Below, piece by piece: positions 12,884 to 27,800 of a stretch of DNA of 64,000 bases. Both the position numbers and the translations under genes were made by a program. Numbering within the stretch: position 1 is the first letter of the stretch; each line of letters starts with the position of its first letter. The stretch is from Laetmonice hystrix. Lineage: Eukaryota. The stretch lies in contig OZ249436.1 in the NCBI GenBank assembly GCA_965235115.1, positions 12,154,001-12,218,000 on the forward strand, given 5' to 3'. The notes below the pieces were generated by a model. That model was not told the DNA's origin, did not search any database, and saw nothing but the letters and a program-made list of their open reading frames with translations.

Positions 12884-15800
12884 TATACGGTTGACCGTTA
12901 TACATCTGGCCTAAGAATAATAATTTTTGGGCCAGAGTTTCAATTTGACGTATCAAAAATGAAACCACTTTTCGCTTATAATTGCATTAACCTGTCTTTC
13001 GCCTAAGGGTCGCAGGTGCCTGCCAGCACGGCCAGGTATACGTGGTGATTCCACCGGTAGCTGGAAGGTGGCAGTGCAGTCGCAGCCGACGCTTCAGTAC
13101 AGTACCCTGGTGTTTCCCTGCAACATCTCTGTAATCTTTTTTCAGTTGGGGATTGGATATCTGATATAAGAAAGGCGTACAAGTTCATTTGCATTGTTAA
13201 TTAAACCTTTACGGCAAACAGCTATTTGGACTACTTGACAACGTTGTCGGGCGCTTACAGATGGTCTGTAGGGGACAGACATTAGATGGGAGTAAATGAT
13301 AGAGCAAACGTATGGCCTGCCTCCTGGACAATACAAGCATGGAAACATGAAACATGAAGCGTCCTTATACTACTGGCTACTGTCGTATAAAAGCAAACAG
13401 TACAGTGAGGCCAAAGAGTACAGGGAGGGCAAAGAGTACTGTGAGGAATCCCTGCTAACCTAGTACCCAAGCGAACACTACAGTGAGCCCGAGCGCTACA
13501 GTGAGGCTAAACAGCATACTGTCGGGCCAAGCAGTGTGGGAGGCCAAACAGTACAGTGATACTCCCTACATCTTACGGCAACCCTAGTACCAAAGCAAAC
13601 AGTAGAGTGAGGCAGTGAAAATGAAAGGTACAGACGAGGAGCATCTAATGTTAAAATTTTGAGAAAATACTGAAATGTGAAGTATACATATCACAACCAT
13701 TTCAGTATTTTCTCCAAAGCGAACGTACGAGACCTATACGGTTGACCGTTATACATCTGACCTAAGAATAATAATTTTTGGGCCGTAGTTTCAATTTGAC
13801 GTATCAAAAATGAAACCACTTTTCGCTTATAATTGCATTAACCTGTCTTTCGCCTAAGGGTCGCAGGTGCCTGCCAGCAGGCCAGGTATACGTGGTGATT
13901 CCACCGGTAGCCGGAAGGTGGCAGTGCAGTGGCAGCCGACGCTTCAGTACAGTACCCTGGTGTTTCCCTGCAACATCTCTGTAATCTTTTTTTAGTTGGG
14001 GATTGGATATCTGATATAAGAAAGGCGTACAAGTTCATTTCCATTGTTAATTAAACCTTTACGGCAAACAGCTATTTAGACTACCTGACAACGTTGTCGG
14101 GCGCTTACAGATGGTCTGTAGGGGACAGACATTAGATGGGAGTAAATGATGGAGCAAACGTATGGCCTGCCTCCTGGACAATACAAGCATGGAAACATGA
14201 AACATGAAGCGTCCTTATACTACTGGCTACTGTCGTATAAAAGCAAACAGTACAGTGAGGCCAAAGAGTACAGGGAGGGCAAAGAGTACTGTGAGGAATC
14301 CCTGCTAACCTAGTACCCAAGCGAACACTACAGTGAGGCCGAGCGCTACAGTGAGGCTAAACAGCATACTGTCGGGCCAAGCTAGCAGTGTGGGAGGCCA
14401 AACAGTACAGTGATACTCCCTACATCTTACGGCAACCCTAGTACCAAAGCAAACAGTACAGTGAGTCAGTGAAAATGAAAGGTACAGACGAGGAGCATCT
14501 AATATCAAATAAATATAAGATAAAATTTTGAGAAAATACTGAAATGTGAAGTATACATATCACAATCATTTCAGTATTTTCTCCAAAGCGAACGTACGAG
14601 ACCTATACGGTTGACCGTTATACATCTGGCCTAAGAATAATAATTTTTGGGCCGTAGTTTCAATTTGACGTATCAAAAATGAAACCATTTTTCGCTTATA
14701 ATTGCATTAACCTATCTTTCGCCTAAGGGTCGTAGGTGCCTGCTAGCACGGCCAGGTATACGTGGTGATTCCACTGGTAGCCGGAAGGTGGCAGTGCAGT
14801 CGCAGCCGACGCTTCAGTACAGTACCCTGGTGTTTCCCTGCAACATCTCTGTAATCTTTTTTTTAGTTGGGGATGGGATATCTGATATAAGAAAGGCGGA
14901 CAAGGTCATTTGCATTGTTAATTAAACATTTACGGCAAACAGCTATTTGGACTACCTGACAACGTTGTCGGGCGCGTACAGATGGTCTGTAGGGGACAGA
15001 CATTTGATGGGAGTAAATGATAGACCAAACGTATGGCCTGCCTCCTGGACAATACAAGCATGGAAACATGAAACATGAAGCGTCCTTATACTACTGGCTA
15101 CTGTCGTATAAAAGCAAACAGTACAGTGAGGCCAAAGAGTACAGGGAGGGCAAAGAGTACTGTGAGGAATCCCTGCTAACCTAGTACCCAAGCGAACATT
15201 ACAGTGAGGCCGAGCGCTACAGTGAGGCTAAACAGCATACTGTCGGGCCAAGCAGTGTGGGAGGCCAAACAGTACAGTGATACTCCCTACATCTTACGGC
15301 AACCCTAGTACCAAAGCAAACAGTAGAGTGAGGCAGTGAAAATGAAAGGTACAGACGAGGAGCATCTAATGTTAAAATTTTGAGAAAATACTGAAATGTG
15401 AAGTATACATATCACAACCATTTCAGTATTTTCTCCAAAGCGAACGTACGAGACCTATACGGTTGACCGTTATACATCTGGCCTAAGAATAATAATTTTT
15501 GGGCCGTAGTTTCAATTTGACGTATCAAAAATGAAACCACTTTTCGCTTATAATTGCATTAACCTGTCTTTCGCCTAAGGGTCGCAGGTGCCTGCCAGCA
15601 CGGCCAGGTATACGTGGTGATTCCACCGGTAGCCGGAAGGTGGCAGTGCAGTCGCAGCCGACGCTTCAGTACAGTACCCTGGTGTTTCCCTGCAACATCT
15701 CTGTAATCTTTTTTTAGTTGGGGATGGGATATCTGAAATAAGAAAGGCGTACAAGGTCATTTGCATTGTTAATTAAACATTTACGGCAAACAGCTATTTG

Positions 15801-18800
15801 GACTACCTGACAACGTTGTCGGGCGCTTACAGATCGTCTGTAGGGGACAGACATATTAGATGGGAGTAAATGATAGAGCAAACGTATGGCCTGCCTCCTG
15901 GACAATACAGGCATGGAGACATGAAACATGAAGCGTCCTTATACTACTGGCTACTGTCGTATAGAAGCAAACAGTACAGTGAGGCCAAAGAGTACAGGGA
16001 GGGCAAAGAGTACTGTGAGGAATCCTTGCTAACCTAGTACCCAAGCGAACACTACAGTGAGGCCAAGCACTACAGTGAGGCTAAACAGCATACTGTCGGG
16101 CCAAGCAGTGTGGGAGGCCAAACAATACAGTGATACTCCCTACATCTTACGGCAACCCTAGTAGCAAAGCAAAGAGTACAGTGAGGCAGTGGAAATGAAA
16201 GGTACAGACGAGGAGCATCTAATGTTAAAATTTTGAGAATATACTGAAATGTGAAGTATACAGATCACAACCATTTCAGTATTTTCTCCAAAGCGAACGT
16301 ACGAGACCTATGCGGTTGACCGTTATACATCTGGCCTAAGAATCATAATTTTGGGGCCGTAGTTTCAATTTGACGTATCAAAAATGTAGCCAATTTTCGC
16401 TTATAATTGCATTAACCTGTCTTTCGCCTAAGGGTCACATGTGCCTGCCAGCCCGGCCAGGTATACGTGGTGATTCCACCGGTAGCCGGAAGGTGGCAGT
16501 GCAGTCGTAGCCGACGCTTCAGTACAGTACCCTGGCGTTTCCCTACAACATCTCTGTAATCTTTTTTTAGTTGGGGATGGGATATCTGATACATGTATAA
16601 GAAAGGCGTACAAGGTCATTTGCATTGTTAATTAAACCTTTACGGCAAACAGCTATTTAGACTACCTGACAACGTTGTCGGGCGCTAACAGATGGTCTGT
16701 AGTGGACAGACATTAGATGGGATTAAATCATACACCAAACGTATGGCCTGCCTCCTGGACAATACAAGCATGGAAACATGAAACATGAAGCGTCCTTATA
16801 CTACTGGCTACTGTCGTATAAAAGCAAACAGTACAGTGAGGCCAAAGAGTACAGGGAGGGCAAAGAGTACTGTGAGGAATCCCTGCTAACCTAGTACCCA
16901 AGCGAACACTACAGTGAGGCCGAGCGCTACAGTGAGGCTAAACAGCATACTGTCGGGCCAAGCAGTGTGGGAGGCCAAACAGTACAGTGATACTCCCTAC
17001 ATCTTACGGCAACCCTAGTACCAAAGCAAACAGTAGAGTGAGGCAGTGAAAATGAAAGGTACAGACGAGGAGCATCTAATGTTAAAATTTTGAGAAAATA
17101 CTGAAATGTGAAGTATACATATCACAACCATTTCAGTATTTTCTCCAAAGCGAACGTACGAGACCTATACGGTTGACCGTTATACATCTGACCTAAGAAT
17201 AATAATCTTTGGGCCGTAGTTTCAATTTGACGTATCAAAAATGAAACCACTTTTCGCTTATAATTGCATTAACCTGTCTTTCGCCTAAGGGTCGCAGGTG
17301 CCTGCCAGCACGGCCAGGTATACGTGGTGATTCCACCGGTAGCCGGAAGGTGGCAGTGCAGTCGCAGCCGACGCTTCAGTACAGTACCCTGGTGTTTCCC
17401 TGCAACATCTCTGTAATCTTTTTTTTAGTTGGGGATGGGATATCTGAAATAAGAAAGGCGTACAAGGTCATTTGCATTGTTAATTAAACATTTACGGCAA
17501 ACAGCTATTTGGACTACCTGACAACGTTGTCGGGCGCTTACAGATGGTCTGTAGGGGACAGACATATTAGATGGGAGTAAATGATAGAGCAAACGTATGG
17601 CCTGCCTCCTGGACAATACAGGCATGGAAACATGAAACATGAAGCGTCCTTATACTACTGGCTACTGTCGTATAGAAGCAAACAGTACAGTGAGGCCAAA
17701 GAGTACAGGGAGGGCAAAGAGTACTGTGAGGAATCCCTGCTAACCTAGTACCCAAGCGAACACTACAGTGAGGCCAAGCACTACAGTGAGGCTAAACAGC
17801 ATACTATCGGGCCAAGCAGTGTGGGAGGCCAAACAATACAGTGATACTCCCTACATCTTACGGCAACCCTAGTACCAAAGCAAAGAGTACAGTGAGGCAG
17901 TGGAAATGAAAGGTACAGACGAGGAGCATCTAATGTTAAAATTTTGAGAAAATACTGAAATGTGAAGTATACATATCACAACCATTTCAGTATTTTCTCC
18001 AAAGCGAACGTACGAGACCTATACGGTTGACCGTTATACATCTGGCCTAAGAATAATAATCTTTGGGCCGTAGTTTCAATTTGACGTATCAAAAATGTAG
18101 CCAATTTTCGCTTATAATTGCATTAACCTGTCTTTCCCCTAAGGGTCACATGTGCCTGCCAGCCCGGCCAGGTATACGTGGTGATTCCACCGGTAGCCGG
18201 AAGGTGGCAGTGCAGTCGCAGCCGACGCTTCAGTACAGTACCCTGGTGTTTCCCTGCAGCATCTCTGTAATCTTTTTTTAGTTGGGGATGGAATATCTGA
18301 TATAAGAAAGGCGTACAAGGTCATTTGCATTGTTAATTAAACCTTTACGGCAAACAGCTATTTAGACTACCTGACAACGTTGTCGGGCGCTAACAGATGG
18401 TCTGTAGTGGACAGACATTAGATGGGATTAAATGATAGACCAAACGTATGGCCTGCCTCCTGGACAATACAGGCATGGAAACATGAAACATGAAGCGTCC
18501 TTATACTACTGGCTACTGTCGTATAGAAGCAAACAGTACAGTGAGGCCAAAGAGTACATGGAGGGCAAAGAGTACTGTGAGGAATCCCTGCTAACCTAGT
18601 ACCCAAGCGAACACTACAGTGAGGCCAAGCACTACAGTGAGGCTAAACAGCATACTGTCGGGCCAAGCAGTGTGGGAGGCCAAACAGTACAGTGATACTC
18701 CCTACATCTTACGGGAACTCTAGTACCAAAGCAAAGAGTACAGTGAGGCAGTGGAAATGACACGTACAGACGAGGAGCATTTAATGTTAAAATTTTGAGA

Positions 18801-21800
18801 AAATACTGAAATGTGAAGTATAGGCCTACATATCACAACCATTTCAGTATTTTCTCCAAAGCGAGCGTACGAGACCTATACGGTTGACCGTTATACATCT
18901 GGCCTAAGAATAATAATTTTTGGGCCGTAGTTTCAATTTGACGTATCAAAAATGAAACCACTTTTCGCTTATAATTGCATTAACCTGTCTTTCGCCTAAG
19001 GGTCGCAGGTGCCTGCCAGCACGGCCAGGTATACGTGGTGATTCCACCGGTAGCTGGAAGGTGGCAGTGCAGTCGCAGCCGACGCTTCAGTACAGTACCC
19101 TGGTGTTTCCCTGCAACATCTCTGTAATCTTTTTTCAGTTGGGGATTGGATATCTGATATAAGAAAGGCGTACAAGTTCATTTGCATTGTTAATTAAACC
19201 TTTACGGCAAACAGCTATTTGGACTACTTGACAACGTTGTCGGGCGCTTACAGATGGTCTGTAGGGGACAGACATTAGATGGGAGTAAATGATAGAGCAA
19301 ACGTATGGCCTGCCTCCTGGACAATACAAGCATGGAAACATGAAACATGAAGCGTCCTTATACTACTGGCTACTGTCGTATAAAAGCAAACAGTACAGTG
19401 AGGCCAAAGAGTACAGGGAGGGCAAAGAGTACTGTGAGGAATCCCTGCTAACCTAGTACCCAAGCGAACACTACAGTGAGCCCGAGCGCTACAGTGAGGC
19501 TAAACAGCATACTGTCGGGCCAAGCAGTGTGGGAGGCCAAACAGTACAGTGATACTCCCTACATCTTACGGCAACCCTAGTACCAAAGCAAACAGTAGAG
19601 TGAGGCAGTGAAAATGAAAGGTACAGACGAGGAGCATCTAATGTTAAAATTTTGAGAAAATACTGAAATGTGAAGTATACATATCACAACCATTTCAGTA
19701 TTTTCTCCAAAGCGAACGTACGAGACCTATACGGTTGACCGTTATACATCTGACCTAAGAATAATAATTTTTGGGCCGTAGTTTCAATTTGACGTATCAA
19801 AAATGAAACCACTTTTCGCTTATAATTGCATTAACCTGTCTTTCGCCTAAGGGTCGCAGGTGCCTGCCAGCAGGCCAGGTATACGTGGTGATTCCACCGG
19901 TAGCCGGAAGGTGGCAGTGCAGTGGCAGCCGACGCTTCAGTACAGTACCCTGGTGTTTCCCTGCAACATCTCTGTAATCTTTTTTTAGTTGGGGATTGGA
20001 TATCTGATATAAGAAAGGCGTACAAGTTCATTTCCATTGTTAATTAAACCTTTACGGCAAACAGCTATTTAGACTACCTGACAACGTTGTCGGGCGCTTA
20101 CAGATGGTCTGTAGGGGACAGACATTAGATGGGAGTAAATGATGGAGCAAACGTATGGCCTGCCTCCTGGACAATACAAGCATGGAAACATGAAACATGA
20201 AGCGTCCTTATACTACTGGCTACTGTCGTATAAAAGCAAACAGTACAGTGAGGCCAAAGAGTACAGGGAGGGCAAAGAGTACTGTGAGGAATCCCTGCTA
20301 ACCTAGTACCCAAGCGAACACTACAGTGAGGCCGAGCGCTACAGTGAGGCTAAACAGCATACTGTCGGGCCAAGCTAGCAGTGTGGGAGGCCAAACAGTA
20401 CAGTGATACTCCCTACATCTTACGGCAACCCTAGTACCAAAGCAAACAGTACAGTGAGTCAGTGAAAATGAAAGGTACAGACGAGGAGCATCTAATATCA
20501 AATAAATATAAGATAAAATTTTGAGAAAATACTGAAATGTGAAGTATACATATCACAATCATTTCAGTATTTTCTCCAAAGCGAACGTACGAGACCTATA
20601 CGGTTGACCGTTATACATCTGGCCTAAGAATAATAATTTTTGGGCCGTAGTTTCAATTTGACGTATCAAAAATGAAACCATTTTTCGCTTATAATTGCAT
20701 TAACCTATCTTTCGCCTAAGGGTCGTAGGTGCCTGCTAGCACGGCCAGGTATACGTGGTGATTCCACCGGTAGCCGGAAGGTGGCAGTGCAGTCGCAGCC
20801 GACGCTTCAGTACAGTACCCTGGTGTTTCCCTGCAACATCTCTGTAATCTTTTTTTTAGTTGGGGATGGGATATCTGATATAAGAAAGGCGGACAAGGTC
20901 ATTTGCATTGTTAATTAAACATTTACGGCAAACAGCTATTTGGACTACCTGACAACGTTGTCGGGCGCGTACAGATGGTCTGTAGGGGACAGACATTTGA
21001 TGGGAGTAAATGATAGACCAAACGTATGGCCTGCCTCCTGGACAATACAAGCATGGAAACATGAAACATGAAGCGTCCTTATACTACTGGCTACTGTCGT
21101 ATAAAAGCAAACAGTACAGTGAGGCCAAAGAGTACAGGGAGGGCAAAGAGTACTGTGAGGAATCCCTGCTAACCTAGTACCCAAGCGAACATTACAGTGA
21201 GGCCGAGCGCTACAGTGAGGCTAAACAGCATACTGTCGGGCCAAGCAGTGTGGGAGGCCAAACAGTACAGTGATACTCCCTACATCTTACGGCAACCCTA
21301 GTACCAAAGCAAACAGTAGAGTGAGGCAGTGAAAATGAAAGGTACAGACGAGGAGCATCTAATGTTAAAATTTTGAGAAAATACTGAAATGTGAAGTATA
21401 CATATCACAACCATTTCAGTATTTTCTCCAAAGCGAACGTACGAGACCTATACGGTTGACCGTTATACATCTGGCCTAAGAATAATAATTTTTGGGCCGT
21501 AGTTTCAATTTGACGTATCAAAAATGAAACCACTTTTCGCTTATAATTGCATTAACCTGTCTTTCGCCTAAGGGTCGCAGGTGCCTGCCAGCACGGCCAG
21601 GTATACGTGGTGATTCCACCGGTAGCCGGAAGGTGGCAGTGCAGTCGCAGCCGACGCTTCAGTACAGTACCCTGGTGTTTCCCTGCAACATCTCTGTAAT
21701 CTTTTTTTAGTTGGGGATGGGATATCTGAAATAAGAAAGGCGTACAAGGTCATTTGCATTGTTAATTAAACATTTACGGCAAACAGCTATTTGGACTACC

Positions 21801-24800
21801 TGACAACGTTGTCGGGCGCTTACAGATCGTCTGTAGGGGACAGACATATTAGATGGGAGTAAATGATAGAGCAAACGTATGGCCTGCCTCCTGGACAATA
21901 CAGGCATGGAGACATGAAACATGAAGCGTCCTTATACTACTGGCTACTGTCGTATAGAAGCAAACAGTACAGTGAGGCCAAAGAGTACAGGGAGGGCAAA
22001 GAGTACTGTGAGGAATCCTTGCTAACCTAGTACCCAAGCGAACACTACAGTGAGGCCAAGCACTACAGTGAGGCTAAACAGCATACTGTCGGGCCAAGCA
22101 GTGTGGGAGGCCAAACAATACAGTGATACTCCCTACATCTTACGGCAACCCTAGTAGCAAAGCAAAGAGTACAGTGAGGCAGTGGAAATGAAAGGTACAG
22201 ACGAGGAGCATCTAATGTTAAAATTTTGAGAATATACTGAAATGTGAAGTATACAGATCACAACCATTTCAGTATTTTCTCCAAAGCGAACGTACGAGAC
22301 CTATGCGGTTGACCGTTATACATCTGGCCTAAGAATCATAATTTTGGGGCCGTAGTTTCAATTTGACGTATCAAAAATGTAGCCAATTTTCGCTTATAAT
22401 TGCATTAACCTGTCTTTCGCCTAAGGGTCACATGTGCCTGCCAGCCCGGCCAGGTATACGTGGTGATTCCACCGGTAGCCGGAAGGTGGCAGTGCAGTCG
22501 TAGCCGACGCTTCAGTACAGTACCCTGGCGTTTCCCTACAACATCTCTGTAATCTTTTTTTAGTTGGGGATGGGATATCTGATACATGTATAAGAAAGGC
22601 GTACAAGGTCATTTGCATTGTTAATTAAACCTTTACGGCAAACAGCTATTTAGACTACCTGACAACGTTGTCGGGCGCTAACAGATGGTCTGTAGTGGAC
22701 AGACATTAGATGGGATTAAATCATACACCAAACGTATGGCCTGCCTCCTGGACAATACAAGCATGGAAACATGAAACATGAAGCGTCCTTATACTACTGG
22801 CTACTGTCGTATAAAAGCAAACAGTACAGTGAGGCCAAAGAGTACAGGGAGGACAAAGAGTACTGTGAGGAATCCCTGCTAACCTAGTACCCAAGCGAAC
22901 ACTACAGTGAGGCCGAGCGCTACAGTGAGGCTAAACAGCATACTGTCGGGCCAAGCAGTGTGGGAGGCCAAACAGTACAGTGATACTCCCTACATCTTAC
23001 GGCAACCCTAGTACCAAAGCAAACAGTAGAGTGAGGCAGTGAAAATGAAAGGTACAGACGAGGAGCATCTAATGTTAAAATTTTGAGAAAATACTGAAAT
23101 GTGAAGTATACATATCACAACCATTTCAGTATTTTCTCCAAAGCGAACGTACGAGACCTATACGGTTGACCGTTATACATCTGACCTAAGAATAATAATC
23201 TTTGGGCCGTAGTTTCAATTTGACGTATCAAAAATGAAACCACTTTTCGCTTATAATTGCATTAACCTGTCTTTCGCCTAAGGGTCGCAGGTGCCTGCCA
23301 GCACGGCCAGGTATACGTGGTGATTCCACCGGTAGCCGGAAGGTGGCAGTGCAGTCGCAGCCGACGCTTCAGTACAGTACCCTGGTGTTTCCCTGCAACA
23401 TCTCTGTAATCTTTTTTTTAGTTGGGGATGGGATATCTGAAATAAGAAAGGCGTACAAGGTCATTTGCATTGTTAATTAAACATTTACGGCAAACAGCTA
23501 TTTGGACTACCTGACAACGTTGTCGGGCGCTTACAGATGGTCTGTAGGGGACAGACATATTAGATGGGAGTAAATGATAGAGCAAACGTATGGCCTGCCT
23601 CCTGGACAATACAGGCATGGAAACATGAAACATGAAGCGTCCTTATACTACTGGCTACTGTCGTATAGAAGCAAACAGTACAGTGAGGCCAAAGAGTACA
23701 GGGAGGGCAAAGAGTACTGTGAGGAATCCCTGCTAACCTAGTACCCAAGCGAACACTACAGTGAGGCCAAGCACTACAGTGAGGCTAAACAGCATACTAT
23801 CGGGCCAAGCAGTGTGGGAGGCCAAACAATACAGTGATACTCCCTACATCTTACGGCAACCCTAGTACCAAAGCAAAGAGTACAGTGAGGCAGTGGAAAT
23901 GAAAGGTACAGACGAGGAGCATCTAATGTTAAAATTTTGAGAAAATACTGAAATGTGAAGTATACATATCACAACCATTTCAGTATTTTCTCCAAAGCGA
24001 ACGTACGAGACCTATACGGTTGACCGTTATACATCTGGCCTAAGAATAATAATCTTTGGGCCGTAGTTTCAATTTGACGTATCAAAAATGTAGCCAATTT
24101 TCGCTTATAATTGCATTAACCTGTCTTTCCCCTAAGGGTCACATGTGCCTGCCAGCCCGGCCAGGTATACGTGGTGATTCCACCGGTAGCCGGAAGGTGG
24201 CAGTGCAGTCGCAGCCGACGCTTCAGTACAGTACCCTGGTGTTTCCCTGCAGCATCTCTGTAATCTTTTTTTAGTTGGGGATGGAATATCTGATATAAGA
24301 AAGGCGTACAAGGTCATTTGCATTGTTAATTAAACCTTTACGGCAAACAGCTATTTAGACTACCTGACAACGTTGTCGGGCGCTAACAGATGGTCTGTAG
24401 TGGACAGACATTAGATGGGATTAAATGATAGACCAAACGTATGGCCTGCCTCCTGGACAATACAGGCATGGAAACATGAAACATGAAGCGTCCTTATACT
24501 ACTGGCTACTGTCGTATAGAAGCAAACAGTACAGTGAGGCCAAAGAGTACATGGAGGGCAAAGAGTACTGTGAGGAATCCCTGCTAACCTAGTACCCAAG
24601 CGAACACTACAGTGAGGCCAAGCACTACAGTGAGGCTAAACAGCATACTGTCGGGCCAAGCAGTGTGGGAGGCCAAACAGTACAGTGATACTCCCTACAT
24701 CTTACGGGAACTCTAGTACCAAAGCAAAGAGTACAGTGAGGCAGTGGAAATGACACGTACAGACGAGGAGCATTTAATGTTAAAATTTTGAGAAAATACT

Positions 24801-27800
24801 GAAATGTGAAGTATAGGCCTACATATCACAACCATTTCAGTATTTTCTCCAAAGCGAGCGTACGAGACCTATACGGTTGACCGTTATACATCTGGCCTAA
24901 GAATAATAATTTTTGGGCCGTAGTTTCAATTTGACGTATCAAAAATGAAACCACTTTTCGCTTATAATTGCATTAACCTGTCTTTCGCCTAAGGGTCGCA
25001 GGTGCCTGCCAGCACGGCCAGGTATACGTGGTGATTCCACCGGTAGCTGGAAGGTGGCAGTGCAGTCGCAGCCGACGCTTCAGTACAGTACCCTGGTGTT
25101 TCCCTGCAACATCTCTGTAATCTTTTTTCAGTTGGGGATTGGATATCTGATATAAGAAAGGCGTACAAGTTCATTTGCATTGTTAATTAAACCTTTACGG
25201 CAAACAGCTATTTGGACTACTTGACAACGTTGTCGGGCGCTTACAGATGGTCTGTAGGGGACAGACATTAGATGGGAGTAAATGATAGAGCAAACGTATG
25301 GCCTGCCTCCTGGACAATACAAGCATGGAAACATGAAACATGAAGCGTCCTTATACTACTGGCTACTGTCGTATAAAAGCAAACAGTACAGTGAGGCCAA
25401 AGAGTACAGGGAGGGCAAAGAGTACTGTGAGGAATCCCTGCTAACCTAGTACCCAAGCGAACACTACAGTGAGCCCGAGCGCTACAGTGAGGCTAAACAG
25501 CATACTGTCGGGCCAAGCAGTGTGGGAGGCCAAACAGTACAGTGATACTCCCTACATCTTACGGCAACCCTAGTACCAAAGCAAACAGTAGAGTGAGGCA
25601 GTGAAAATGAAAGGTACAGACGAGGAGCATCTAATGTTAAAATTTTGAGAAAATACTGAAATGTGAAGTATACATATCACAACCATTTCAGTATTTTCTC
25701 CAAAGCGAACGTACGAGACCTATACGGTTGACCGTTATACATCTGACCTAAGAATAATAATTTTTGGGCCGTAGTTTCAATTTGACGTATCAAAAATGAA
25801 ACCACTTTTCGCTTATAATTGCATTAACCTGTCTTTCGCCTAAGGGTCGCAGGTGCCTGCCAGCAGGCCAGGTATACGTGGTGATTCCACCGGTAGCCGG
25901 AAGGTGGCAGTGCAGTGGCAGCCGACGCTTCAGTACAGTACCCTGGTATTTCCCTGCAACATCTCTGTAATCTTTTTTTAGTTGGGGATTGGATATCTGA
26001 TATAAGAAAGGCGTACAAGTTCATTTCCATTGTTAATTAAACCTTTACGGCAAACAGCTATTTAGACTACCTGACAACGTTGTCGGGCGCTTACAGATGG
26101 TCTGTAGGGGACAGACATTAGATGGGAGTAAATGATGGAGCAAACGTATGGCCTGCCTCCTGGACAATACAAGCATGGAAACATGAAACATGAAGCGTCC
26201 TTATACTACTGGCTACTGTCGTATAAAAGCAAACAGTACAGTGAGGCCAAAGAGTACAGGGAGGGCAAAGAGTACTGTGAGGAATCCCTGCTAACCTAGT
26301 ACCCAAGCGAACACTACAGTGAGGCCGAGCGCTACAGTGAGGCTAAACAGCATACTGTCGGGCCAAGCTAGCAGTGTGGGAGGCCAAACAGTACAGTGAT
26401 ACTCCCTACATCTTACGGCAACCCTAGTACCAAAGCAAACAGTACAGTGAGTCAGTGAAAATGAAAGGTACAGACGAGGAGCATCTAATATCAAATAAAT
26501 ATAAGATAAAATTTTGAGAAAATACTGAAATGTGAAGTATACATATCACAATCATTTCAGTATTTTCTCCAAAGCGAACGTACGAGACCTATACGGTTGA
26601 CCGTTATACATCTGGCCTAAGAATAATAATTTTTCGGCCGTAGTTTCAATTTGACGTATCAAAAATGAAACCAATTTTCGCTTATAATTGCATTAACCTG
26701 TCTTTCGCCTAAGGGTCGTAGGTGCCTGCTAGCACGGCCAGGTATACGTGGTGATTCCACCGGTAGCCGGAAGGTGGCAGTGCAGTCGCAGCCGACGCTT
26801 CAGTACAGTACCCTGGTGTTTCCCTGCAACATCTCTGTAATCTTTTTTTTAGTTGGGGATGGGATATCTGATATAAGAAAGGCGGACAAGGTCATTTGCA
26901 TTGTTAATTAAACATTTACGGCAAACAGCTATTTGGACTACCTGACAACGTTGTCGGGCGCTTACAGATGGTCTGTAGGGGACAGACATTTGATGGGAGT
27001 AAATGATAGACCAAACGTATGGCCTGCCTCCTGGACAATACAAGCATGGAAACATGAAACATGAAGCGTCCTTATACTACTGGCTACTGTCGTATAAAAG
27101 CAAACAGTACAGTGAGGCCAAAGAGTACAGGGAGGGCAAAGAGTACTGTGAGGAATCCCTGCTAACCTAGTACCCAAGCGAACATTACAGTGAGGCCGAG
27201 CGCTACAGTGAGGCTAAACAGCATACTGTCGGGCCAAGCAGTGTGGGAGGCCAAACAGTACAGTGATACTCCCTACATCTTACGGCAACCCTAGTACCAA
27301 AGCAAACAGTAGAGTGAGGCAGTGAAAATGAAAGGTACAGACGAGGAGCATCTAATGTTAAAATTTTGAGAAAATACTGAAATGTGAAGTATACATATCA
27401 CAACCATTTCAGTATTTTCTCCAAAGCGAACGTACGAGACCTATACGGTTGACCGTTATACATCTGGCCTAAGAATAATAATTTTTGGGCCGTAGTTTCA
27501 ATTTGACGTATCAAAAATGAAACCACTTTTCGCTTATAATTGCATTAACCTGTCTTTCGCCTAAGGGTCGCAGGTGCCTGCCAGCACGGCCAGGTATACG
27601 TGGTGATTCCACCGGTAGCCGGAAGGTGGCAGTGCAGTCGCAGCCGACGCTTCAGTACAGTACCCTGGTGTTTCCCTGCAACATCTCTGTAATCTTTTTT
27701 TAGTTGGGGATGGGATATCTGAAATAAGAAAGGCGTACAAGGTCATTTGCATTGTTAATTAAACATTTACGGCAAACAGCTATTTGGACTACCTGACAAC